Source of the DNA: an uncultured Polyangiaceae bacterium
Lineage (GTDB): Bacteria > Pseudomonadota > Alphaproteobacteria > Rhizobiales > Afifellaceae
Direction: 5' to 3'
NCBI GenBank assembly: GCA_964196155.1
Contig: CAXMRP010000045.1
Span: 3,373-67,372 of the forward strand
DNA: 64,000 nt
This document shows, piece after piece, positions 1 to 11,234 of this stretch; the first letter of the stretch is position 1, and each line of letters starts with the position of its first letter. Both the position numbers and the translations under genes were made by a program. The notes under the pieces were generated by a model. It had not been told where the DNA came from. It made no database searches and saw only the letters and a list, made by a program, of their open reading frames with translations.

Positions 1-786
1 GAGGCAGTTGCCAATATCGCCCGCCGCGCCGGTGTGCCGCTGATCGTCGACAACACGCTGGCCACGCCATACCTGTGCCGGCCGTTCGAGCATGGCGCCG
101 ACATTGTCGTCCATTCGCTGACCAAATTTATTGGCGGCCACGGCAACTCGATCGGCGGCATGATTGTCGACGGCGGCACGTTCAACTGGTCCAGCCAGGG
201 CCGTTATCCGATGCTGTCAGAGCCGCGCCCAGAGTATCACGGCATGAAGCTGCACGAGACTTTTGGCAATTTCGCATTTGCCATCGCTTGCCGGGTGCTC
301 GGTCTGCGCGACATCGGTCCGTGCATTGCGCCGATGAACGCATTCTTGTTCATCACCGGCTGCGAGACACTGCCGCTCAGGATGCAGCGTCACTCCGACA
401 ACGCGCTGGCCGTGGCCGAATATCTTGCCGGCCACAAGGATGTGTCGTGGGTAAGCTATGCCGGCCTGCCCGGCGACCGTTATCATGCGCTGGCGCAGAA
501 ATACTGCCCCAAGGGGTCGGGTGCGGTGCTGACATTCGGTTTGGCGGGTGGCCATGACGCCGGTGTCAAGGTCGTGGAATCGGTAGAACTGTTCTCCCAC
601 CTGGCCAATCTTGGCGACACCCGCTCGCTGATCATTCACCCGGCTTCGACCACCCACAGCCAGGTGCCCGACGATGAAAAGGTCGCTTCCGGTGCCGGTC
701 CTGATGTGGTGCGGTTGTCGGTTGGCATTGAGGACAAGGCCGATATCATCGCCGATCTGGAACAGGCCTTGGCCAAAGCGTCTTAA
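1..786 (+). CDS. metY: O-acetylhomoserine sulfhydrylase (aminocarboxypropyltransferase), C-terminal part; 5' end lies outside the window
   Basis: Frame 1 is open from base 1. The translation PLIVDNTLATPYLCRPFEHGADIVVHSLTKFIGGHGNSIGG carries the PLP-lysine motif of the Cys/Met-metabolism PLP family (OAH sulfhydrylase type). Stop TAA at 784-786. Confidence 0.85.
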   Translation, partial: EAVANIARRAGVPLIVDNTLATPYLCRPFEHGADIVVHSLTKFIGGHGNSIGGMIVDGGTFNWSSQGRYPMLSEPRPEYHGMKLHETFGNFAFAIACRVLGLRDIGPCIAPMNAFLFITGCETLPLRMQRHSDNALAVAEYLAGHKDVSWVSYAGLPGDRYHALAQKYCPKGSGAVLTFGLAGGHDAGVKVVESVELFSHLANLGDTRSLIIHPASTTHSQVPDDEKVASGAGPDVVRLSVGIEDKADIIADLEQALAKAS

Positions 787-795
787 GGCGCGTCG

Positions 796-1506
796 ATGGA
801 CGATACAGACAAAAAGGTTGCCCTTGTCGTTGCCGGTGGCAGCGGCATGGGCGCCGGGGCTGCCCGGCGGCTGGCCGAAGACGGCTTTGCCGTCGCGATC
901 CTGTCCTCGTCGGGCAAGGGCGAGACGCTGGCCAGGGAGCTTGGCGGCTTCGGCATGACTGGCTCCAATCGCGATGTCGCCGATCTGGAGCGTTTCGTCG
1001 CCGAAGCTGCGGAACATTTCGGCCGCATCGACGCGATGGTAAACAGCGCCGGTCACGGTCCCAAGGGCGATGTGCTGGAACTGACCGACGATGACTGGCA
1101 GGCCGGCATGGAGGTCTATCTCCTCAACGTGATACGGGCGGTCCGCCTGGTCACGCCGCATTTTGAGCGAGCCGGCAGCGGTGCGGTGGTCAACATATCC
1201 ACCTATGCAACGTTCGAGCCGGACCCGACCTTTCCAACGTCCGGCGTATTCCGCGCCGGGTTGGCCGCGTTCACCAAGCTTTATGCCGACAAATATGCCA
1301 GTTCCGGCATCCGCATGAACAATGTCCTGCCGGGCTTCATCGACAGCCTGCCGGAGCGCGACCACTTCAAGGCGCGCATTCCGATGGGCCGTTATGGCCG
1401 CGTCTCGGAGATCGCCGATCTGGTGTCGTTTCTGGCATCGGACCGTAGCAGCTACATTACCGGCCAGAACATCCGCATCGATGGCGGCATCACCCGGTCA
1501 GTGTAG
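796..1506 (+). CDS. SDR-family short-chain oxidoreductase
   Basis: N-terminal Rossmann motif [14 protein letters not shown], typical SDR length (236 aa) and C-terminal [11 protein letters not shown] motif. Confidence 0.8.
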   Translation: MDDTDKKVALVVAGGSGMGAGAARRLAEDGFAVAILSSSGKGETLARELGGFGMTGSNRDVADLERFVAEAAEHFGRIDAMVNSAGHGPKGDVLELTDDDWQAGMEVYLLNVIRAVRLVTPHFERAGSGAVVNISTYATFEPDPTFPTSGVFRAGLAAFTKLYADKYASSGIRMNNVLPGFIDSLPERDHFKARIPMGRYGRVSEIADLVSFLASDRSSYITGQNIRIDGGITRSV

Positions 1507-1568
1507 GGCGCGAGGCTGGCCTGACCGATCGAGGTGACTGAGGAAATTCTGTAATGCGCCAGTAAAAA

Positions 1569-1591
1569 ATGGCGGCCAACCTGGCCGCCAT
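1569..1591 (-). terminator. Rho-independent terminator downstream of ndk
   Basis: Perfect 9-bp stem ATGGCGGCC/GGCCGCCAT with a 5-nt loop. An A-run on the + strand gives a U-tract on the minus-strand transcript. It lies between the convergent SDR and ndk genes. Confidence 0.6.
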
Positions 1592-1619
1592 GTGTCGACA
1601 GAAATGCGGCAGTGTAGCC

Positions 1620-2042
1620 TCAGCCAACAATCTCGTTACCGGCGAAAAACTGGGCGATCTCCATTGCTGCCGTCTCCGGTGCATCTGAGCCGTGGACTGA
1701 ATTGTTTTGCATGGATTCTGCGTGCACCTTGCGGATTGTGCCTTCATCGGCATTTTCCGGATTTGTCGCGCCCATCACCTGTCGATAGGTGGCAATGGCG
1801 TTTTCGCCTTCCAGCACCTGCACGACCACCGGCCCGGACGTCATGAATTCGACCAGCTCGCCATAGAACGGCCGCTCATTGTGGACCGCATAGAAAGTCT
1901 CGGCCTGCGCCTGCGTCATCCGCACCCGCCTCTGGGCAACGATACGAAGGCCGGCAGCCTCGATCAGCGCATTGACCGCGCCGGTGATGTTGCGGGCGGT
2001 GGCGTCGGGTTTGATTATGGAAAAGGTGCGTTCAAGCGCCAT
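1620..2042 (-). CDS. ndk: nucleoside-diphosphate kinase
   Basis: 140 aa. [14 protein letters not shown]...NSVHGSD is the classical NDK sequence with the active-site His context. Confidence 0.95.
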   Translation of the reverse strand: MALERTFSIIKPDATARNITGAVNALIEAAGLRIVAQRRVRMTQAQAETFYAVHNERPFYGELVEFMTSGPVVVQVLEGENAIATYRQVMGATNPENADEGTIRKVHAESMQNNSVHGSDAPETAAMEIAQFFAGNEIVG

Positions 2043-2267
2043 GGTCAGATGATCCTGTCTGTGGGAAGATTAATAATGAGATAGGCGTGTCGGGCGCTTC
2101 ATATCCGCCGTCCGGCAATGTCGCAAGAGTGTCAAAAAAATGCACAGACAATGCCGCGATTGTATGCGGGTACAGTCGGCGGGCATGTGCATGAATATTT
2201 GGCACGGCCAAGGCTCGCACCGCGACATTCCGACCCACATATTCACGGAATAGGCAATTGCGCCCAG

Positions 2268-2284
2268 TTTAGAATAATTCTAAA
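2268..2284. promoter_or_regulatory. Irr-box / iron control element (ICE) in the ndk-katG divergent intergenic region
   Basis: TTTAGAATAATTCTAAA is an exact match to the published ICE consensus TTTAGAA-N3-TTCTAAA and forms a perfect 8-1-8 palindrome. Confidence 0.6.
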
Positions 2285-2485
2285 AATTCAAATCAGCCAC
2301 GGACCGGTGCGGCATGGCAAACGGTTCGTACAAAGGCACAGCAGAACAGACAAACGACAAGGCCAACCGCCGCGGGAAAACCCGGTGTTGCCAGGGCGGA
2401 ACGCGAGAGGCGCATGGCTTGGCGCAATATCTCGGCGCAGCAGCGGACGATTGGGCGTGCTCGACAGTAACGCCAAAGAGCGTAA

Positions 2486-4750
<2,265 letters not shown>

Positions 4751-4805
4751 TCGCTGGCAGTCGGATATGAATGGCGTCTGATGCGCAATCGCATCCGGAC
4801 TTGTG

Positions 4806-4832
4806 ATGCCGCGGTGAAAGCCGCCGCATTTT
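4806..4832 (+). terminator. candidate intrinsic terminator after katG
   Basis: ATGCCGCGG-tgaaag-CCGCCGCAT (9-bp stem, 1 mismatch) followed by TTTTC. Confidence 0.35.
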
Positions 4833-4948
4833 CAAATGCCGAATGGCGCCGCCATCGCGCCCGCTTTGTTGACCCGTGCCCGATAGGCAGCTAGAGCCGG
4901 CGCCATCACAAAAAGGGGCCGATGCCCCGATCCAACAAGGGCACGGCA

Positions 4949-6001
4949 ATGGCCAGCACACTTCGCATCGGTATATTGGGCGCATCGGGCTACACCGGAG
5001 CGGACTCCATCCGATTGGCCGTCCGCCACCCCCAAATCGAGATTGTCGCGCTGACCGCCAACACCCATGCCGGCAAATCCGCTGCGCAGGTGTTTCCGCA
5101 CTTGTCGGGTCTTGGTCTGCCCGATCTGGTCAAGGCGGAGGATGTTGCGTGGAGCGGGCTGGATGCGGTCATTTGCGGCCTGCCCCATGGCACAACGCAG
5201 GATATCATATCGGCAGTTCTGACCGCCGATCCGGCCATCAAGGTCATCGATATGTCGGCCGATTTCCGGCTGCGCGATACCGAACTCTATGCCGCGACCT
5301 ATGGCGGAGCGCACCGCGCGCCAGAATTACAACCACAGGCGGTTTATGGCCTTACCGAACACAACCGCGCGGACATTGCCCAAACCCGGCTCATTGCCTG
5401 TCCGGGCTGCTATCCAACCGCCGTGCTTCTCGCACTGCTGCCGATCGTCGCCGCCGGGCAGGTCGATGCCAGCGATCTGATTATTGATGCCAAATCCGGC
5501 GTGTCGGGCGCCGGCAGGGGACTGAAACAGAACATGCTGTTTTGCGAAGCCGGCGAGGGCATGGCGCCCTATGCCGTTGGCACCCATCGCCATGCCCCGG
5601 AGATCGAACAGGAAATATCAAAGGCGGCAGGCCGCAACGTGACGGTCAGCTTCACGCCTCATCTGGTGCCGATGAGCCGGGGTGAATTGTGCACCTGCAA
5701 TGTGCGCCTTGCCGATGGCGCCAGCGCTGGCGATTTGCGCGAGACACTGGAATATACCTACGCCGACGCACCATTTGTGCAGGTGCTTGGCGAGGGATTG
5801 ATCCCCCAGACTCAAAATGTCCGCGGCTCCAACAATGCCCAGATCGGCGTGTTCGCCGACCGCATTCCCGGCCGGGCGATTGTCATTTCCACCATAGACA
5901 ATCTGGTCAAGGGTTCAGCAGGACAGGCCATTCAGAACCTCAATATTGCCTTTGGATTCGAAGAGACCGCCGGCCTGGAACAAGTGGCGCTGTTTCCCTG
6001 A
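4949..6001 (+). CDS. argC: N-acetyl-gamma-glutamyl-phosphate reductase
   Basis: MASTLRIGILGASGYTG NAD-binding N-terminus and catalytic CPGCYPTA motif. ATG 4949 is preferred over the upstream 4922. Confidence 0.9.
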   Translation: MASTLRIGILGASGYTGADSIRLAVRHPQIEIVALTANTHAGKSAAQVFPHLSGLGLPDLVKAEDVAWSGLDAVICGLPHGTTQDIISAVLTADPAIKVIDMSADFRLRDTELYAATYGGAHRAPELQPQAVYGLTEHNRADIAQTRLIACPGCYPTAVLLALLPIVAAGQVDASDLIIDAKSGVSGAGRGLKQNMLFCEAGEGMAPYAVGTHRHAPEIEQEISKAAGRNVTVSFTPHLVPMSRGELCTCNVRLADGASAGDLRETLEYTYADAPFVQVLGEGLIPQTQNVRGSNNAQIGVFADRIPGRAIVISTIDNLVKGSAGQAIQNLNIAFGFEETAGLEQVALFP

Positions 6002-6068
6002 TCAGCTAGTTGTCCGGAATGTTTTGCTGGAAATATTCAGCGCGCAAAAATCACCGTGGAGGGTGACA

Positions 6069-6422
6069 ATGGCCGTTAAGAGAATAGTAGCAAATATCGC
6101 CACAACCAATGTTGATGCTGCGCGTTCGTTTTATGCCGAGTTGCTCAATCTGAATGTGGTCATGGATCACGGATGGATTTTGACCATGCAAGGCGAGGAC
6201 GCGGCGCCGCCGCAAATCAGTTTTGCGACCGAAGGCGGCTCAGGCACGCCGGTACCGGACCTGTCTATCGAGGTTGACGATCTGGATGCCGTACACCGCC
6301 GCGCCATCGCCGCCGGACACGAGATTGTCTACGGGCCAACCACGGAACCGTGGGGCGTTAGACGGTTTTACCTGCGCGATCCGATCGGTCGCCTTCTGAA
6401 TATCCTGACGCATCAAAAGTAG
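6069..6422 (+). CDS. VOC/glyoxalase-family protein
   Basis: 117 aa. The pattern ARSFYAELLNL...WGVRRFYLRDPIGRLLNI is typical of glyoxalase/bleomycin-resistance folds. ATG at 6069 avoids overlap with argC. Confidence 0.7.
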   Translation: MAVKRIVANIATTNVDAARSFYAELLNLNVVMDHGWILTMQGEDAAPPQISFATEGGSGTPVPDLSIEVDDLDAVHRRAIAAGHEIVYGPTTEPWGVRRFYLRDPIGRLLNILTHQK

Positions 6423-6442
6423 CGCAGAACACGTTTTTTCCC

Positions 6443-6480
6443 TAAGCGCGGGCCAAAAAGTTGGCACCGGTTTTCGGATC
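6443..6480 (+). repeat. partial (left-arm) copy of the ~105-bp intergenic repeat family
   Basis: TAAGCGCGGGCCAAAAAGTTGGCACCGGTTTTCGGATC aligns with TAGAGCGCATTCCGAAAAGTGGGAACCGGTTTTCGGATT of the full copies. It lies between the convergent VOC and rne 3' ends. Confidence 0.55.
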
Positions 6481-6533
6481 GGCTCCGAGCACCGGAAATT
6501 GTAGCCGGTGCAGCCACCGCAAATACGTGACGC

Positions 6534-9131
6534 TTACAGGAACGACCGACGCTGCCACCAGCCCGAACGCCGGGGCTTGTCCTCGGCAACATCGGTTTCA
6601 GCCGGCGCTGCCGCCGGCTCATCGCCATCGGAAGGCCCAATGCTATCCACCGGCGCTTCCTCGCTCAACGTTTCGGCTGCCGCCTGTTCCGGTTCAGGCG
6701 AAACCGGTTCGGCGTTGCTTTCCTCGGGCGTTTCAATGCGCGATGGCGCCTCGCCGGCATCAGCTGCCTCAATGGCCGGTGAAGCGGTGTCGCCATTGCT
6801 TGCCGCGCCATTGGTTTCCACCACTTCCGTTACCGGCGCGCTGTTTACGGCCTCGCCCGGCTCACCATTCGCATCGGCGCCGGTGGCCGCGACACCTTCA
6901 CGCCCGCGTCCGCGCCGCCGGCCACCACGCCTGCCACGCCGGCGTTTGCGGCCGGTCTGCTCGCCGTCGCCTTCACTGTCCGCTTGTCCTTCGCTACCCT
7001 CTGCCTCGCCAGCTTTCGCGCCGGTTTCATCGGAGGACGCTTCTGCGCTGTCGGCAGGCGCATCACCCGCCGCTGACGCCTCGGCATTCGCGGCACTGGA
7101 ACCCCGCCGCCGCCGTCGCCGCCGCTTCGGTTTGCGATCTTCGCCGGTTCCCTCGGCATCCGAAGTTGAAGGTTCGCCAGCAGCCTCGTCCGCCACTGGT
7201 TCGTCTTCCAGTTCCGGCATGTCCGCCATGTCCGACATGGCAATTGCCGAAGAAACCTCGGCCGGCCGATTTGACGCTTCGCCCTTTTCGATCTGGAATC
7301 CGGCGCCATTTTCCGGCGGCACCTCCGATATGGTGAGCGAGATACCAATCCGCCGTTCCAGTTCGGACAGGTTTGCCCGCTTCTGGTTGAGGATATAAAG
7401 CGCTACATCCGGCCGGGTCCGCACGGTGACATTGTGGCCCGGATGCCGCATCAGATGATCGTCCAGCGCCCGCAGGATTTGCAGTGTCAGCGAGGAGACC
7501 GAGCGCACCTGACCCGAACCGTGGCAAGTCGTGCACACTTCCATGGAACTTTCCAGAACGCCGGCGCGAATGCGCTGCCGCGACATCTCCAGAAGGCCAA
7601 AATGGGATATCCGGCCGACCTGAATTCGCGCCCGGTCAAATTTCAGGCATTCCTTGAGCTTTTTCTCGACTGCCCGGTTGTTGCGCTTTTCCTCCATGTC
7701 GATGAAGTCGATGACAATCAGCCCGGCCAGATCCCGCAGCCGCATCTGGCGCGAGGCTTCCTCGGCCGCCTGAAGATTGGTCTTCAGCGCCGTGTCTTCG
7801 ATGGAGTGTTCGCGGGTCGATCGGCCCGAATTGACATCGATGGCAACCAGCGCCTCGGTCTGGTTGATGACCAGATAACCGCCCGATTTCAGGGTCACCT
7901 GGGCCGAGAACATCGCATCGAGCTGGTTTTCCACCCCGTGGCGGGCAAACAGCGGCACACTGTCTTTGTACTGCTGCACATTGCGCGCATGGCTGGGCAT
8001 CAACATGCGCATGAAGTCCTTGGCTTCGCGATAGCCACCATCGCCCGAAACCAGAACCTGATCGATCTCCTTGGAATACAGATCGCGGATCGATCGCTTG
8101 ATCAAGCTGCCTTCTTCATAGACCAGCGCCGGTGCCGAAGATTTCAGCGTCAGTTCGCGAACATTTTCCCAAAGCCGCAAAAGATATTCAAAGTCCCGCT
8201 TGATCTCCGCCTTGGTGCGGCTGGCTCCGGCAGTGCGCAAGATCACGCCCATCCCTTCGGCCACTTCCAACTCGCCAGCTACCGATTTCAGACGCTTGCG
8301 GTCCGCCGGGCTGGTGATCTTGCGGGATATGCCGCCGCCGCGCGCCGTGTTCGGCATCAGCACCGAATATCGGCCGGCCAGCGACAGATACGTGGTCAGC
8401 GCTGCGCCCTTGTTGCCGCGTTCTTCTTTGACGACCTGAACCAGCAGAACCTGGCGGCGCTTGATAACTTCCTGGATCTTGTACTGGCGGGGCCGGGGCT
8501 TGCGCCGCACCGGCACCTCCTCCATCGCATCGGTGCTGCCAACCTCTTCAATGGCATCATCTTCGCCATTTTCCTCACCGCTGCGTTCGCTGGCAAAATC
8601 ATCGGATGCGCTCTCATCGTCGCCCCCGTCACCAGCCGCGGCATCGGCAGATGCCGGTTCAGCAGACACCTGATCGCCACCGCTCAGCCCCGCGTCTTCG
8701 GCGATTGTGACTTGTTCGTCGGACGCCGCATCGGTGGCATTGGATTCGACTGGCGTCTCTATACCATTGTCTTCGGTATCTACATTGCCATCGACGCTAT
8801 CGTCATCGTCGTCGCGATTTTCCCGCGCTGCTTGTTCGGCGTCTTCGCGCGCCTGTTCGGCGACCAGCGCCTGCCGGTCGGCGACAGGGATCTGGTAATA
8901 GTCGGGATGGATTTCGGAAAACGCCAAAAACCCGTGCCTGTTGCCGCCATAGTCGACGAATGCCGCCTGCAGCGAGGGCTCAACCCGGGTAACCTTGGCC
9001 AGATATATGTTTCCGCGAAGTTGTTGGCGTTCAGCGGCTTCGAAATCGAATTCTTCGACTTTGTTTCCGCGCAGAACGACAACCCGGGTCTCTTCCGGGT
9101 GGGCGGAGTCCACTAGCATTTTGTTTGACAT
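6534..9131 (-). CDS. rne: ribonuclease E
   Basis: MSNKMLVDSAHPEETRVVVL S1/catalytic N-terminal half with an acidic insert. The C-terminal half has Arg-rich (RRRRRRRG, RKRRRGRRGGRRRGRG) and acidic scaffold segments. ATG 9131 is chosen over the upstream 9191. Confidence 0.93.
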   Translation of the reverse strand: MSNKMLVDSAHPEETRVVVLRGNKVEEFDFEAAERQQLRGNIYLAKVTRVEPSLQAAFVDYGGNRHGFLAFSEIHPDYYQIPVADRQALVAEQAREDAEQAARENRDDDDDSVDGNVDTEDNGIETPVESNATDAASDEQVTIAEDAGLSGGDQVSAEPASADAAAGDGGDDESASDDFASERSGEENGEDDAIEEVGSTDAMEEVPVRRKPRPRQYKIQEVIKRRQVLLVQVVKEERGNKGAALTTYLSLAGRYSVLMPNTARGGGISRKITSPADRKRLKSVAGELEVAEGMGVILRTAGASRTKAEIKRDFEYLLRLWENVRELTLKSSAPALVYEEGSLIKRSIRDLYSKEIDQVLVSGDGGYREAKDFMRMLMPSHARNVQQYKDSVPLFARHGVENQLDAMFSAQVTLKSGGYLVINQTEALVAIDVNSGRSTREHSIEDTALKTNLQAAEEASRQMRLRDLAGLIVIDFIDMEEKRNNRAVEKKLKECLKFDRARIQVGRISHFGLLEMSRQRIRAGVLESSMEVCTTCHGSGQVRSVSSLTLQILRALDDHLMRHPGHNVTVRTRPDVALYILNQKRANLSELERRIGISLTISEVPPENGAGFQIEKGEASNRPAEVSSAIAMSDMADMPELEDEPVADEAAGEPSTSDAEGTGEDRKPKRRRRRRRGSSAANAEASAAGDAPADSAEASSDETGAKAGEAEGSEGQADSEGDGEQTGRKRRRGRRGGRRRGRGREGVAATGADANGEPGEAVNSAPVTEVVETNGAASNGDTASPAIEAADAGEAPSRIETPEESNAEPVSPEPEQAAAETLSEEAPVDSIGPSDGDEPAAAPAETDVAEDKPRRSGWWQRRSFL

Positions 9132-9755
9132 GAATAAGTGCTCCGGACCCTGGCGGCTCAAAGGCCGGTGCGCGCCGCACAGGCGCGTCACTCAAGGATC
9201 CAATTGTGTTGCTTACTGAAAGGCTGGCCGTGGGTTTGGCTCGGACAGTCCGGCGCGGCATTCCCGTCATCGCGACGGCCAAACTGCCGTGGCGGAACAG
9301 ATTTTGCTCAACTTGCCGGTGAGTCACGTACTTGCCTTCCGAACTGGAACAGGGCCGCATACTGACAGGGTCAGAATGCACCCCGATTTGCTCGCGACCG
9401 GCTCGTGTACCCGCATTATCGCGGGGCAGCGCCGCCGGCCCCGTCTTCGCTTCCGTGTCATTTCTGGCAAAACCGGGCTCGCGTGATACGCGTCGCACCG
9501 CGACCGTGGACGACCGGAAAGGAATCCGTCAAAATCCTTTTATGAATGGTTGCCCGCTAATGCAAGAGCCGCGATACGGCAATGGCAAACAATCACCGTA
9601 TTTTCGCGGATGAGTTGCGGTAGTTTGCCCGCCATCGGCACAAGCGATTCGCCTGATCGGTGGCTTTCCGCTCTGTTGCCCGGACGTAGTTTTTGATCAC
9701 CGGGCCCGGCGATGGTTTCAGTTAGGGTTATTCGAGAAGGCAGGACAGTGGTTTG
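9132..9755 (-). promoter_or_regulatory. long rne 5' leader plus divergent amidase promoter region
   Basis: 624 bp with no credible ORF between rne and the divergent amidase gene. RNase E genes are known to carry long autoregulatory 5' UTRs. Confidence 0.4.
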
Positions 9756-10982
9756 ATGAACTGGTTGGCGAGCCGGCAGGTAAACGGTCAGGCAATAGGG
9801 ATCGCGACGGCGCTTGTGATGGCTCTGGGTGCGTTCGTGCCGTTGCTGTTGTCGCCGGCCAGGGCCATGGAAGTGATCGATGTGCGGATCGTCGGTGACA
9901 GCGATCGCACACGCATCGTGCTGGATCTGGATGAGGAGCCGATCTTCGGTGTTTTGCGCCTCACCGATCCTTATCGCCTGGTTATCGATATCACCGACAT
10001 CGCCTTTGCCGGCGCCATTTCCAAGACTGATCCGCGGGGCATGGTCAGCGACTATCGCCATGGTATGATTGCGCCGGGCCGCGGGCGGATAGTTCTCGAC
10101 CTGACAGGCCCCGCCGACATTGAAAAATCCTTTGTGCTGCCGCCGGCCGGAGATCAGCCGGCGCGGGTTGTGCTTGATCTGGTGCCGGCGACCCGCCAGG
10201 CCTACATTGCCGCCGCCGAGCGCGATCGCGCCTCGTTGATTGCCGGAAGCGAAGACACCGCGCCCAAACCTCGGGCCAAGGCATCGTCGGACCATCCTGT
10301 CGTGATCATCGATCCAGGCCATGGCGGTCTGGATTCAGGCGCCGTCGGCGGGTCGGGATTGCTGGAAAAGGAAGTGACGCTGAAATTCGCCAGCGCACTG
10401 AAACAGGCGCTGGATCGCGGCGGACGGGTGCGCGCTGTCCTGACCCGCGAGGCGGATGTGTTTGTATCCTTGAGCCGCAGGGTAACGCTTGCCCGCGAAC
10501 AGGGTGCGTTGCTGTTTTTGTCGCTTCATGCCGACAATGTGCGCGAAACATATGTGCGCGGTGCAACCGTCTATACCCTGTCCGATAGCGCCTCTGACCG
10601 GCTCGCCGCAGCGCTGGCGCGCCGCGAAAACCGCACCGACCTGCTGGCTGGTCTGTCGCTGGAGAATCAAACCGAGGAAGTCGCCGATATTCTGATCGAT
10701 CTGACCCGCCGCGAAACCCGCAATCTTTCGGTCCGTTTTGCCAAGGCGCTAGTTAGCAACATGGCCGGACCGGTTGAGATGAACAATAGTCCGTGGCGCC
10801 GGGCGTCGTTCCGCGTCCTCAAAGCCGCTGATGTGCCCTCGGCATTGCTGGAATTAGGCTATCTTTCCAATAAGATGGATGAAAAACTTCTGAATTCAGA
10901 TGAATGGTTGACGAGCGCCGCCGGTGCCGTGGCAACAACGGTTGAGGCATTTGTCGCGCTCCAGACCCACGCTGCGCAATAG
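9756..10982 (+). CDS. N-acetylmuramoyl-L-alanine amidase (AmiC-like, with N-terminal AMIN-type domain)
   Basis: Signal peptide, then VVIIDPGHGGLDSGAVG...FLSLHAD...VLKAADVPSALLELGYLSN, the amidase_3 zinc-site motifs. Confidence 0.88.
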   Translation: MNWLASRQVNGQAIGIATALVMALGAFVPLLLSPARAMEVIDVRIVGDSDRTRIVLDLDEEPIFGVLRLTDPYRLVIDITDIAFAGAISKTDPRGMVSDYRHGMIAPGRGRIVLDLTGPADIEKSFVLPPAGDQPARVVLDLVPATRQAYIAAAERDRASLIAGSEDTAPKPRAKASSDHPVVIIDPGHGGLDSGAVGGSGLLEKEVTLKFASALKQALDRGGRVRAVLTREADVFVSLSRRVTLAREQGALLFLSLHADNVRETYVRGATVYTLSDSASDRLAAALARRENRTDLLAGLSLENQTEEVADILIDLTRRETRNLSVRFAKALVSNMAGPVEMNNSPWRRASFRVLKAADVPSALLELGYLSNKMDEKLLNSDEWLTSAAGAVATTVEAFVALQTHAAQ

Positions 10983-11234
10983 CAAAGGCCCACGCTGCAA
11001 AAATGCAGACAATCCACCCCATCAAGCCTGCCGTGCGGTCCACAGTGCAAATAACCGTGACAGTCTTGCCACAGTTTCATCACATCCATAGAAGATGCAG
11101 CCATGAACGATGCAGACATACGCAAGGCACACATGAACGATGCGGCCCATGGCGGATACTTTGGCAATCATGCTACACAATAACAAAGGGGCGCCGGACT
11201 TGGATAGCAACTGGGATGGGTGCGGCCTGACATC

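Noticed and set aside
217-1365. 382-aa minus-strand ORF across metY and the SDR gene; also the similar ORFs at 40915-42045 (antisense sseA) and 62214-63143 (antisense valS)
   Set aside because: Each lies opposite a gene with clear catalytic motifs, spans gene boundaries without regard to intergenic signals, and has no recognisable domains.
7434-9116. 560-aa ORF antisense to rne, plus the Pro/Arg/Ser-rich + strand ORFs at 6461-7398
   Set aside because: These mirror frames of the RNase E coding sequence are open because of GC bias and the repetitive Arg/acidic-coding DNA. No motifs and no independent start or SD signals are present.
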